Source: an uncultured virus (IMG/VR IMGVR_UViG_3300042319_002819) (taxonomy: Duplodnaviria > Heunggongvirae > Uroviricota > Caudoviricetes). From it: a DNA stretch of 20,000 nucleotides. The stretch lies in IMG/VR virus record IMGVR_UViG_3300042319_002819; one strand, given 5' to 3'. Positions 8,020 through 15,688 of the stretch are shown in pieces (position 1 is the first letter of the stretch; each line of letters begins with the position of its first letter). The notes below the pieces were generated by a model. That model did no database searches. It worked only from the letters and a program-made list of their open reading frames with translations, and was not told the DNA's origin. Both the position numbers and the translations under genes were made by a program.

Positions 8020-8439
8020 ATGAAAATTGGATTAAGTTATAGTCGGTGTGTGCGCGACATTGTGGACGGCACAGTTGATATCAATGACGTTCTGGTCATC
8101 ATTTCTCGCACAGATTTTGATCCGCACGATGATGAGCAATGGGCGGGTATTTGGCAGGGATATCACCAACGTGGGGGCTGGAGTAATCCTGAATGGGGAC
8201 ATTACGCCAGTGAAGATGAGGGTCTCTTTCGTTCAGTGAGCATTGAACTTTGGGAAACTGGGAAACTACACCAGCCTCGTAAGTTTGGCGCAGACCCTAG
8301 TCGCCGTCCTGAGATTTGGCTTGAGGCAGTTCTGCCCAGTAGTGAACTCAACCGCAATCCTGCGGCAAAGGATGCCTGGGACAAGTTCCAAACTGTGGCT
8401 GGGTTGACCAATGTAAAATTGGACTCAAAATACCAGTAA
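8020..8439 (+). CDS. Hypothetical phage protein
   Basis: 139 aa. Motifs MKIGLSYSRCVRDIVDG and GKLHQPR. Confidence 0.75.
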   Translation: MKIGLSYSRCVRDIVDGTVDINDVLVIISRTDFDPHDDEQWAGIWQGYHQRGGWSNPEWGHYASEDEGLFRSVSIELWETGKLHQPRKFGADPSRRPEIWLEAVLPSSELNRNPAAKDAWDKFQTVAGLTNVKLDSKYQ

Positions 8440-8446
8440 AATCTGG

Positions 8447-8475
8447 TTGACCAATAAATCCATTTATTGTATAAT
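8447..8475 (+). promoter_or_regulatory. sigma70-type promoter (first of a tandem pair)
   Basis: ggTTGACC (8447-8452), 17 bp, TATAAT (8470-8475). Confidence 0.8.
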
Positions 8476-8557
8476 ACTTGTATGATAACTAACAATTTTA
8501 TCAGATTTGAGTTGCCCAAAAACAACAATTTTGGGTGCTCAGATACAGCAAAAGTGG

Positions 8558-8586
8558 TTGACACAATAATCCAATTTTGCTATACT
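8558..8586 (+). promoter_or_regulatory. sigma70-type promoter with extended -10 (second of the pair)
   Basis: ggTTGACA (8558-8563), 17 bp, TGcTATACT (-10 at 8581-8586). Confidence 0.8.
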
Positions 8587-8648
8587 AATGACATGCTGTT
8601 GAAAGCGGCATGTTTTTAATCAACTTTAGGCAATTTGAAAGGCATATT

Positions 8649-9011
8649 ATGGCTAAGCAAGACAACAAAACTTTTACCGTAGCTGGTACTGCAACTAATC
8701 CCGATGGGACTACCAAAGCTCGTTTTGCAAACGACTTTGTGGCACGTATCAAGATTCTCAACAAAGCAGGTTGTACCAACGTCAATCTCGTTGAGCTACC
8801 CTCACCAATGACCAAGACCGAGGCCTTGGCGTATTTGCAAACCCTGGATGGCTTTGCTGGTGATGCTGGTTATGCAATCGCTAATCGCGCCGCTGACAAG
8901 GCCAAGGCTTCTAAGAAAAATGAAGTCAAGGTCACTCTCAAAACTGGCGGGAAAGCCAGTGCCAAGCCCACAGTCACTGTTGAGGCAGGCAAACAAGCCG
9001 AAGCAGTCTAA
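8649..9011 (+). CDS. Hypothetical protein with Lys/Ala-rich tail, possibly nucleic-acid binding and highly expressed
   Basis: GAAAGG SD before ATG 8649, two upstream promoters and its own terminator. Confidence 0.75.
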   Translation: MAKQDNKTFTVAGTATNPDGTTKARFANDFVARIKILNKAGCTNVNLVELPSPMTKTEALAYLQTLDGFAGDAGYAIANRAADKAKASKKNEVKVTLKTGGKASAKPTVTVEAGKQAEAV

Positions 9012-9029
9012 CCAACTGTTTTCCCAACC

Positions 9030-9058
9030 AAAGCGGCCCCTGGGCCGCTTTATCTTTT
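9030..9058 (+). terminator. Rho-independent terminator
   Basis: AAAGCGGCCC-CT-GGGCCGCTTT hairpin (9030-9051) followed by ATCTTTT. Confidence 0.8.
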
Positions 9059-9093
9059 GTGTAAAAGATTCTTGATTTGGCATAATTAATTTG

Positions 9094-9339
9094 ATGCTGA
9101 ATCGTAATTCCTTGTCTACTGAAATCTGCGATATCATAGTGAAACTTTGTGCAGTACTACACAGTCACGGATATCAGCAAGTGCCAATCGGCGCCATGAT
9201 GCGGCTGTTGGGAGTTGATCCAGCTCAGGCCGAAAAGCACGACAACGAATACTTTGAGTTAGACTCAGACTTTTTAGAACTAATGCAACAACAAGAGTCA
9301 GTGGCTCAACCACCACCACCTGGTACCATATTACATTAA
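9094..9339 (+). CDS. Hypothetical protein
   Basis: ATG 9094 (track TTG 9091) lies 7 nt after an extended -10-like TGgCATAAT (9078-9086). Confidence 0.7.
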   Translation: MLNRNSLSTEICDIIVKLCAVLHSHGYQQVPIGAMMRLLGVDPAQAEKHDNEYFELDSDFLELMQQQESVAQPPPPGTILH

Positions 9340-9581
9340 TGTCAACAATCAGTGCAAGAAGTGTAGAACCTCTCTACATCATAATAGTTCGCGAAAAAAA
9401 CGGACAGCAACTTTTACAACAATGGGCCAAAACTCAATCTGTAAACGTGTCCATTGACACCAACCGCATGAAGGTGTTTGACGCCAGAGCCTTTCACTTG
9501 TTCCAACTCAATTGGGCACATAGTTGGGAAAATGTTACAATATGGGACTGCTGGTTGCGTCGACACATTTACTCAAATTGA
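9339..9581 (+). CDS. Hypothetical protein
   Basis: 80 aa with TAATG coupling. Confidence 0.7.
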   Translation: MSTISARSVEPLYIIIVREKNGQQLLQQWAKTQSVNVSIDTNRMKVFDARAFHLFQLNWAHSWENVTIWDCWLRRHIYSN

Positions 9582-9591
9582 TTTAAAATAA

Positions 9592-9620
9592 TTGACAGCC
9601 TGCGTTAATGACTGTATAAT
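9592..9620 (+). promoter_or_regulatory. Consensus sigma70 promoter, probably leaderless
   Basis: TTGACA (9592-9597), 17 bp, TATAAT (9615-9620). ATG at 9627 with no SD. Confidence 0.85.
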
Positions 9621-9626
9621 TAACGT

Positions 9627-9809
9627 ATGATAGTACATTATGCGTCTGCCAGCCAAGTTGTTGGCGATAACAATACTGAATCAGAATATCGATTAACAGG
9701 AAAAAAATTTCAGGTAATCGAATTTGATGCCAACACTTGTTCTTTGTTACTAGAACAAGCCGAGGCTCAAGGGATAGAAGTAGTCATCATCAAGGAGAAA
9801 TCAACATGA
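9627..9809 (+). CDS. Small hypothetical protein (60 aa)
   Basis: Directly downstream of the promoter. The stop overlaps ATG 9806. Confidence 0.6.
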   Translation: MIVHYASASQVVGDNNTESEYRLTGKKFQVIEFDANTCSLLLEQAEAQGIEVVIIKEKST

Positions 9810-9997
9810 CAACACAACACGAACAAATCGTCGCCGCCTACGAAACATACATTGCTGAAAACGCAAAGTTCAGCGAAAAAGGTGTCAAGGCCGCTGCCGC
9901 TCGTGCTCGCAAAGCATTGCAAGAAATGAGCAAGGGCATCAAAGAGCGTCGCAAAGAAATCACTGCTGAAAAAGAAGCATTGACTGTAGCCAAATAA
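9806..9997 (+). CDS. Histone H1-like Hc1-family basic protein
   Basis: AAGGAG SD before ATG 9806. KF-x-EKGVKAAAARARKAL-x-E-x-x-K-x-x-KE-x-RKE matches the Hc1 pattern. Confidence 0.75.
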   Translation: MTTQHEQIVAAYETYIAENAKFSEKGVKAAAARARKALQEMSKGIKERRKEITAEKEALTVAK

Positions 9998-10011
9998 TCA
10001 AAAACAGAGAC

Positions 10012-10503
10012 ATGCCAATTTCAACTATATCTATAGATGAGCTGGCTGGTATCAATAACCTCAACGATACCATGTCAACTGTTGACTTTTTAAGTTCGTC
10101 AAACACCGTTGATACAATCACGCTGACTTCGCCATCCTATAGTTTTTCAAATTCAACAATGAGTGGGGCAGTGTTGACCGCTGGCTCAAACGGTAGCAAC
10201 ACTATTTGGGGCACAGGCACATCAGGCTTGAATGGTACAAGTGCTGCCAAACTCAATCAACAAGGTATGTTGAGTTTAAAAGGTGACAAGGCTGACATTG
10301 ACATCAATGGTGTGAGTCTAATGAAAACTTTGACCAGTATTCAAGAGCGACTCAACATATTAACACCTGCGCCTGAGCTTGAAAAAGATTGGGATCAGCT
10401 ACGCGAGCTCGGAGAGCAATATAGAAAATTAGAGGCCGAGTTTGAAGAAAAAAGTAAGATGTGGAAAACACTAAAAGCCATGCCACCACCGGAGATAGAA
10501 TGA
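10012..10503 (+). CDS. Hypothetical phage protein (Ser/Thr/Gly-rich N-terminus, coiled-coil C-terminus)
   Basis: 163 aa. ADI-x-ING-x-SL...IQERLNIL-x-P...LE-x-x-W-x-x-LR-x-LG-x-QYR. Confidence 0.75.
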   Translation: MPISTISIDELAGINNLNDTMSTVDFLSSSNTVDTITLTSPSYSFSNSTMSGAVLTAGSNGSNTIWGTGTSGLNGTSAAKLNQQGMLSLKGDKADIDINGVSLMKTLTSIQERLNILTPAPELEKDWDQLRELGEQYRKLEAEFEEKSKMWKTLKAMPPPEIE

Positions 10504-11318
10504 CACCTAAACAACGAATCAAACACATAGTCAAGTGGACCAACACCTATGCCAAGATTGCCAAAATTAACACTTTAGTGGTGGGAATTTCAGGCGGCAT
10601 TGACAGCAGTGTGGTCAGTGCCTTGTGTGCAGAAACAGGTTTGAAGACCATTGTGGTGCAGATGCCTATTCGTCAAAACAAAAAATTAGACAATCGCAGT
10701 TCAATGCAGGCCACTTGGTTGATGGAACGTTACAAAAACGTCACACACATAAGCATGGACTTGACCAAGGTGTTTGATGCATTTGAAAAAAATCTCATAC
10801 CTTATTGCAGGGAAAATGAAGATGAACAAAGGGTTGACCTTGGCTTTGCTAATTCACGTGCTAGACTACGCATGATGACCCTGTACCAAATTGCACAAAG
10901 CCATGGTGGTATTGTGGTGGGCACAGGCAACCGGGTAGAAGACTTTGGTGTAGGCTTTTTTACCAAGTATGGCGACGGCGGTGTAGATATCAGCCCTATT
11001 GGTGACTGTATGAAAACTGCGGTATGGGACATGGGCAGAGAATTTGGCCTGCCACAAGAGATTATTGACGCACCTCCCACAGATGGATTGTGGTCAGATG
11101 ATCGCACCGATGAAGACCAACTGGGTATGAGCTATCCAGATTTAGAACGTGCTATGACCAATGATGAACATGATCGTCAGTGTGTGTATGAAACTTTGCC
11201 AATTGAGTTGGGCAAAGAAGAACGAGCACAGCTCAAGAAGTATCGAGCAATTCGAGCTAGAAACTTACACAAAATGTTGCCAATTCCAGTTTGCACAATG
11301 CCCAAGGACACCAAATGA
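10500..11318 (+). CDS. nadE: NH3-dependent NAD+ synthetase
   Basis: [11 protein letters not shown]-loop, [14 protein letters not shown]-x-x-[16 protein letters not shown], PPTDGLW and TDEDQLG. No glutaminase domain. GGAG SD before ATG 10500. Confidence 0.95.
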   Translation: MTPKQRIKHIVKWTNTYAKIAKINTLVVGISGGIDSSVVSALCAETGLKTIVVQMPIRQNKKLDNRSSMQATWLMERYKNVTHISMDLTKVFDAFEKNLIPYCRENEDEQRVDLGFANSRARLRMMTLYQIAQSHGGIVVGTGNRVEDFGVGFFTKYGDGGVDISPIGDCMKTAVWDMGREFGLPQEIIDAPPTDGLWSDDRTDEDQLGMSYPDLERAMTNDEHDRQCVYETLPIELGKEERAQLKKYRAIRARNLHKMLPIPVCTMPKDTK

Positions 11319-11641
11319 CCCATGTGGTAACTGAATCTTGCATCAAATGCCGGTACACTGATTGTGTGGATGTGTGCCCGGTGGACTGTTTCAAAGTAGG
11401 TCCTAACTTTTTGGTGATTGATCCAGATGAGTGCATTGACTGTGCAGTTTGTATTCCAGAATGTCCGGTCAATGCCATCTACGCCGAAGAAGATGTTCCA
11501 CAAGATCAACTTGAATTTGTAATGTTAAATCGAGAATTGGCCAAGTCTTGGCCCACTATCTCAAAAAGAGTTGCTCCGATTGCTGATGCCGATGAATGGG
11601 CCAAAGTTGTTGTAAAAAAACAACACTTAGATCGTGGTTGA
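11315..11641 (+). CDS. fdxA: Dicluster ferredoxin, FdxA / Azotobacter FdI type
   Basis: [26 protein letters not shown]...[28 protein letters not shown] and ATGA overlap with nadE. Confidence 0.95.
   Translation: MTHVVTESCIKCRYTDCVDVCPVDCFKVGPNFLVIDPDECIDCAVCIPECPVNAIYAEEDVPQDQLEFVMLNRELAKSWPTISKRVAPIADADEWAKVVVKKQHLDRG
11608..11625. promoter_or_regulatory. TGTTGT-N6-ACAACA operator-like palindrome inside the fdxA 3' end
   Basis: TGTTGTAAAAAAACAACA, identical to 5481-5498, ending 12 bp before the -35 at 11638. Confidence 0.7.
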
Positions 11642-11666
11642 CTGATAATACTACACCTGCTATAAT
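11638..11666 (+). promoter_or_regulatory. sigma70-type promoter with extended -10, probably leaderless
   Basis: ggTTGACT (11638-11643), 17 bp, TGcTATAAT (-10 at 11661-11666). ATG at 11672. Confidence 0.85.
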
Positions 11667-11671
11667 ATAGC

Positions 11672-11902
11672 ATGTTTAAGAATTCTACAGGCCTTGCCGT
11701 TAAAACTCTGCGTCCCGGAGATGCTGATTTCACATTCTCGCCCGATGGCATTCAACTGGTGTCACGAGCGGCATTTGAGATCAGCAATAACTGTCCTGCT
11801 GAATACAAGAGTATCTTTATCACCGCCATCAACGCAGGTTGGCTCAAACCCGTTGCCTACATGCTTGAAACCGAATATACCATGGAGTTACTGCGCAAAT
11901 GA
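11672..11902 (+). CDS. Hypothetical phage protein
   Basis: 76 aa directly after the promoter. Motifs RAAFEIS-x-x-CP-x-EY and GWLKPVAY. Confidence 0.75.
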   Translation: MFKNSTGLAVKTLRPGDADFTFSPDGIQLVSRAAFEISNNCPAEYKSIFITAINAGWLKPVAYMLETEYTMELLRK

Positions 11903-12063
11903 TTGATGACAACGAAGTTGACGAGAAAGACATTGCCTACTCTGCGGAATATGATGCCTACTACAATCAAAGAACCAACGAGTGGATCGACCACAAGTGC
12001 TGTGATCTCACCTGTGAGTTTTGTACAAAACGCCCTGCACGACCTTTGAAAGATCAATTATGA
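11899..12063 (+). CDS. Small Cys-rich protein (54 aa, not in ORF track)
   Basis: MIDDNEVDEKDIAYSAEYDAYYNQRTNEWIDHKCCDLTCEFCTKRPARPLKDQL, with ATGA overlaps at both ends. Confidence 0.7.
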   Translation: MIDDNEVDEKDIAYSAEYDAYYNQRTNEWIDHKCCDLTCEFCTKRPARPLKDQL

Positions 12064-12461
12064 GCATGCATTTACATCACCCTGCACTTTCCTACAACGG
12101 CAAAAAACGCGGCAAGGTCAAGTTTCGCAATGCTGAAGAAGCACGTAAGGCACGTGAGCTTGACGCAAGCTGGAAAGAACTGCAAAAGAAGTGGGAAGTA
12201 GACGCAGAAGATAAAAAGCGTCGTCGAGCCATGAGCGCACCACCTTTGGCCGGCAACTATAGTTTGACCATCCCAGAAGGGCGTAGTACTAGACATATCC
12301 CAAGTCTTAACAATGGGGTGGATAATGGCAATGCTACTATGTCCCCTCCCAAGGTATATACTGGCACCAAGGTCAAAGGCATTGGTACCATGCACAAAAG
12401 CAATGCAGTTCCTATCTTCAGCGATGAGGAGGCCATTGCTATTTCTAATATGAGACGATAA
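12060..12461 (+). CDS. Conserved basic hypothetical protein of T4-like phages (YTG...GIGTMHKSNAVP motif)
   Basis: ATG 12060 overlaps the previous stop. C-terminal KVYTGTKVKGIGTMHKSNAVPIFS-x-EEA-x-x-IS-x-MRR. Confidence 0.75.
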   Translation: MSMHLHHPALSYNGKKRGKVKFRNAEEARKARELDASWKELQKKWEVDAEDKKRRRAMSAPPLAGNYSLTIPEGRSTRHIPSLNNGVDNGNATMSPPKVYTGTKVKGIGTMHKSNAVPIFSDEEAIAISNMRR

Positions 12462-12677
12462 ATGAACACAGAAGTAAAAACAGATGTCAGTGGCAAGTGG
12501 GTAGCAAGAGAAAATGTTGACGCCATTGTCAAAAGTACAGTGCAAGAATGCATTGACATTCTAAACGATCAAAAAAATTACAATCGATGCATGTACACAA
12601 CATCTGACTTGGATCGAGCCAAATGCGTAACTAGTGAGTTAATTAAAACAATCAAACAACGATTTGAAATAAAATGA
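12462..12677 (+). CDS. Small phage protein related to 6340-6570
   Basis: MNTE start, IV-x3-V-x-EC core and I-x-x-x-F-x-I ending. Confidence 0.65.
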   Translation: MNTEVKTDVSGKWVARENVDAIVKSTVQECIDILNDQKNYNRCMYTTSDLDRAKCVTSELIKTIKQRFEIK

Positions 12678-13519
12678 AAATTTACGTGACTAGTGATCTT
12701 CACCTTGAGTTTGGCGATTGCACAATCAAAAACGAGCACAACGCTGACGTTTTAATCTTGGGTGGCGACATTATGTTGGCCCAGGATCTACACGACCATC
12801 CAGAAAGCTCGCACTTGCTTACTGGAGCAATGTTAGAAACTCTAGGCCCTAACCAAAAAAAAGCAGTTCGGTTCCGAGAGTTCTTGAGCAGATGTAGCTT
12901 TCAGTTTCCGCACGTGATCTATGTGGCCGGCAACCATGAGTTTTATCATGGCAAGTGGCCCATTGGCTTGCAATACCTGCGAGATGAATGCGCCAAGTTT
13001 CCCAATGTTTACTTCATGGAAAACGATTGCCAGACCATTGACGACATTACCTTTGTTGGATGTACGTTGTGGACTGACATGAACAAAGGTGATCCTTTAA
13101 CACTTCATGCTGTGGCTGATATGATGAATGATTTTAAAATCATTCGCAACAGTGATCTTGAGTTTGCAAAGTTGCGCCCGGCACATGTGGCTCAGGCACA
13201 CAAGAAAAGTGTGGGGTATATTAGGTCAGTCATTGCAGAACAGCATGACAAAAAATTTGTGGTTGTGGGACACATGTCGCCCAGTCGCATAAGCACTCAT
13301 CCCAGGTACGCTGATCAAACTCTCATGAATGGGGCCTACAGCAGTAGCCTAGATGAGTTTATTTTAGATCATCCACAAATTAAACTTTGGACGCATGGAC
13401 ACACTCATGAAGATTTTGACTACATGATTGGATCAACTCGTGTTGTGTGTAATCCACGTGGTTATGTTAATTACGAAGAACGTGCCGACACATGGACACC
13501 AAAACTAGTAGAAATCTAA
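12674..13519 (+). CDS. Calcineurin-like metallophosphoesterase
   Basis: SDLH, GGD, AGNHE, GH and HGHTH metal-binding motifs, plus CNPRGY. Confidence 0.92.
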   Translation: MKIYVTSDLHLEFGDCTIKNEHNADVLILGGDIMLAQDLHDHPESSHLLTGAMLETLGPNQKKAVRFREFLSRCSFQFPHVIYVAGNHEFYHGKWPIGLQYLRDECAKFPNVYFMENDCQTIDDITFVGCTLWTDMNKGDPLTLHAVADMMNDFKIIRNSDLEFAKLRPAHVAQAHKKSVGYIRSVIAEQHDKKFVVVGHMSPSRISTHPRYADQTLMNGAYSSSLDEFILDHPQIKLWTHGHTHEDFDYMIGSTRVVCNPRGYVNYEERADTWTPKLVEI

Positions 13520-13713
13520 TATTCCAGTATCCAGTTAAATTGACCTGGGAAAGAAACCCCAAGTGGAATGAAATTTGCGCTTGGGGGATTGAACATTTTG
13601 GCTTGCCAGGCCATCAATACACAACTGAAGTTTGTGAAGAATACATGTGCTGGAACTTTGCCAGCGCACAAGATCAACTTTTATTTGTAACAGCATGGGG
13701 AAATGACCAATGA
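13492..13713 (+). CDS. Small hypothetical phage protein
   Basis: 73 aa. WNEICAW-x-IEHFGLPG...F-x5-LLF-x-x-x-W. Confidence 0.65.
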   Translation: MDTKTSRNLIFQYPVKLTWERNPKWNEICAWGIEHFGLPGHQYTTEVCEEYMCWNFASAQDQLLFVTAWGNDQ

Positions 13714-14063
13714 ACTTTGAAGAAACCGCAATGTGGCAACGCCTAAGCAACGGTGATGCCAACTATTATACCAAAGCCGCAGAATCAGAACGCACAGCAT
13801 TTCGTGTTTGGCTCAAAGGCCTGCTACAAGAACAACGAATCACTGTGGAATTTGAAAAAGCTGATGGTACTACACGGGCCATGGTTTGTACCTTGAGTGA
13901 AGAAAACGGTGCTAAGTATGTAGTTAATGAGACCAAAGGAGATGCTGCCACACCCAAGAAGAAACCCAACGATGATGTGTGCGCAGTCTGGGACTGTACG
14001 CAAAACGCATGGCGAAGTTTTCGTTGGGATAGACTAAAGAGGATTGAATTTTCAATTGAGTAA
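13710..14063 (+). CDS. WYL_2-like (Sm-like SH3 beta-barrel) protein
   Basis: V-x-F-x-K-x-DG-x-x-R-x-M-x-CTL...VWD-x4-AWRSFRWD. Confidence 0.75.
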   Translation: MNFEETAMWQRLSNGDANYYTKAAESERTAFRVWLKGLLQEQRITVEFEKADGTTRAMVCTLSEENGAKYVVNETKGDAATPKKKPNDDVCAVWDCTQNAWRSFRWDRLKRIEFSIE

Positions 14064-14274
14064 AGAAGAAGGTTTAAGGGTTGAGGGCACAGTATTTGAC
14101 ATCTTGCCCAATGCCACGTTTCGTGTAAAAGTTGATGTTCTTGGAACATCAGTACTGGGAGTGATTTCAGGCAAGATGAGGAAAAACAACATTCGCATTT
14201 TGCTGGGTGATCGAGTAGAAATGGAATTCAGCCCCTATGATCTCACTCGCGGCCGAATTGTTCGTAGAAAATAA
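14056..14274 (+). CDS. infA: Translation initiation factor IF-1
   Basis: (M)[23 protein letters not shown]...[35 protein letters not shown]. The probable start is TTG 14056. Confidence 0.95.
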   Translation: MSKEEGLRVEGTVFDILPNATFRVKVDVLGTSVLGVISGKMRKNNIRILLGDRVEMEFSPYDLTRGRIVRRK

Positions 14275-15684
14275 ATGTCAACTTGGCAAGAGTTTTATCA
14301 ACAGATCCGAGATCCCAGTTGGCCAGACTGTGTTGCCGAAGAAGATTTTATCACATTACCCAACCATATACAACAAGAATGCCAACAGCAGTTTGGATAT
14401 GTGCCCGGGCAATTTCGAAAAACATCCAAGCTGACACAACGAGTATTCCCCATACACACAGCGACTGCCTGTCAGTTAAAATGGAATTGGAGTACTTTGT
14501 ATCTTACCACAGAAAAAACTGCCAGCTGTCATAGAACCAACCATCACTTGTTTGATGTTGGCGAATTTGATTTTCATAACACACCGTCCAAGTTAGAAGA
14601 TCGATCACGCATGCTGGAAGGGCAGTGGCCCGAGAAAGGATGTGATTACTGTCGTAACATCGAAGCAGCCAACGGACAAAGCGACAGAATCACCAATTTA
14701 GATTTTCCAGGCATGCATGCGCCACACGAGCTTGACGGAAATCCCCTAGCGGTTCGCGTTACTCCTAGAATATTAGAAGTTTACTTTGACAACACCTGCA
14801 ACTTGAAGTGCCTGTATTGTGGTCCTTACTTCAGTAGTTTATGGGACGCTGAAAACAAAAAGCACGGTACCTTTCGAAAAAATGATTTGACAATATCTGC
14901 GGAATTTGTCAAGAGTGCCAATATTGACAACAACAAACAGCGATTGTTTGAATGGTTAAAAAAGAATTCACAGCACTTGACTGTGTTTAATATCTTGGGT
15001 GGCGAGCCGTTGTATCAAGACGAACTTGATCAATGTTTGGATTTGTTTGACAAATACCCGGCACCCGAACTCAAGCTACAAATTTTTACCAACCTAAATG
15101 CCAAGTTGTCTCGAGTGCAACACCTGGTAGAACGGGTACGGGAACTTATCAACGCTGATAAATTGCGAGAATTTGAGATAACAGCCAGCTTGGACTGTTG
15201 GGGCGCACCACAGGAGTATGTACGCTATCCGTTAGATCTTCAAGTGTGGCAGGAAAATTTTGAATACCTATTAGAGCAAGACTTTATTAATCTAATTATA
15301 AGTTCCACAGTGACCCCACTGACTATAAAAACTCTGCCAGATTTACTGGCACGGATACAAATCTGGGGACAGCGCAGAAAAATATACCACTATCAAAATT
15401 CAGTTAACTCGCCATCTTACTTGGAAATTGATGTGTTTGGGAATATATTCCGCAGTGATTTCCAACAAGCACTGGAGTTGAAACCTGTTGTGACTCCCGA
15501 AGAAATTTCCAGTCGTGACTATCTACTAGGTATAGCAAAACAATCAGTCAGTGGTGCCCCTAGAATTTCTGAAATACAAAAACTCTATGATTTTCTAACA
15601 GAAATAGATCGCAGAAGAAACACCAACTGGTTTGATGTTTTTCCATGGCTGCAATCAGAATTTGATAAGCACAATATAAAATAA
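14275..15684 (+). CDS. Radical SAM protein with N-terminal Cys-containing (twitch/SPASM-like) region
   Basis: CNLKCLYC (CX3CX2C) at 14797-14820, GGEP, TN and ASLD motifs. Upstream C...SCH...CDYC residues. Confidence 0.9.
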   Translation: MSTWQEFYQQIRDPSWPDCVAEEDFITLPNHIQQECQQQFGYVPGQFRKTSKLTQRVFPIHTATACQLKWNWSTLYLTTEKTASCHRTNHHLFDVGEFDFHNTPSKLEDRSRMLEGQWPEKGCDYCRNIEAANGQSDRITNLDFPGMHAPHELDGNPLAVRVTPRILEVYFDNTCNLKCLYCGPYFSSLWDAENKKHGTFRKNDLTISAEFVKSANIDNNKQRLFEWLKKNSQHLTVFNILGGEPLYQDELDQCLDLFDKYPAPELKLQIFTNLNAKLSRVQHLVERVRELINADKLREFEITASLDCWGAPQEYVRYPLDLQVWQENFEYLLEQDFINLIISSTVTPLTIKTLPDLLARIQIWGQRRKIYHYQNSVNSPSYLEIDVFGNIFRSDFQQALELKPVVTPEEISSRDYLLGIAKQSVSGAPRISEIQKLYDFLTEIDRRRNTNWFDVFPWLQSEFDKHNIK

Positions 15685-15687
15685 ATA
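15682..15687 (+). promoter_or_regulatory. TAAATA, T4-type late-promoter-like element
   Basis: ATAAATAC directly before the SOD ATGs (15689/15692). The same TAAATAC core occurs at 16611. Confidence 0.4.
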
Positions 15688-15688
15688 C

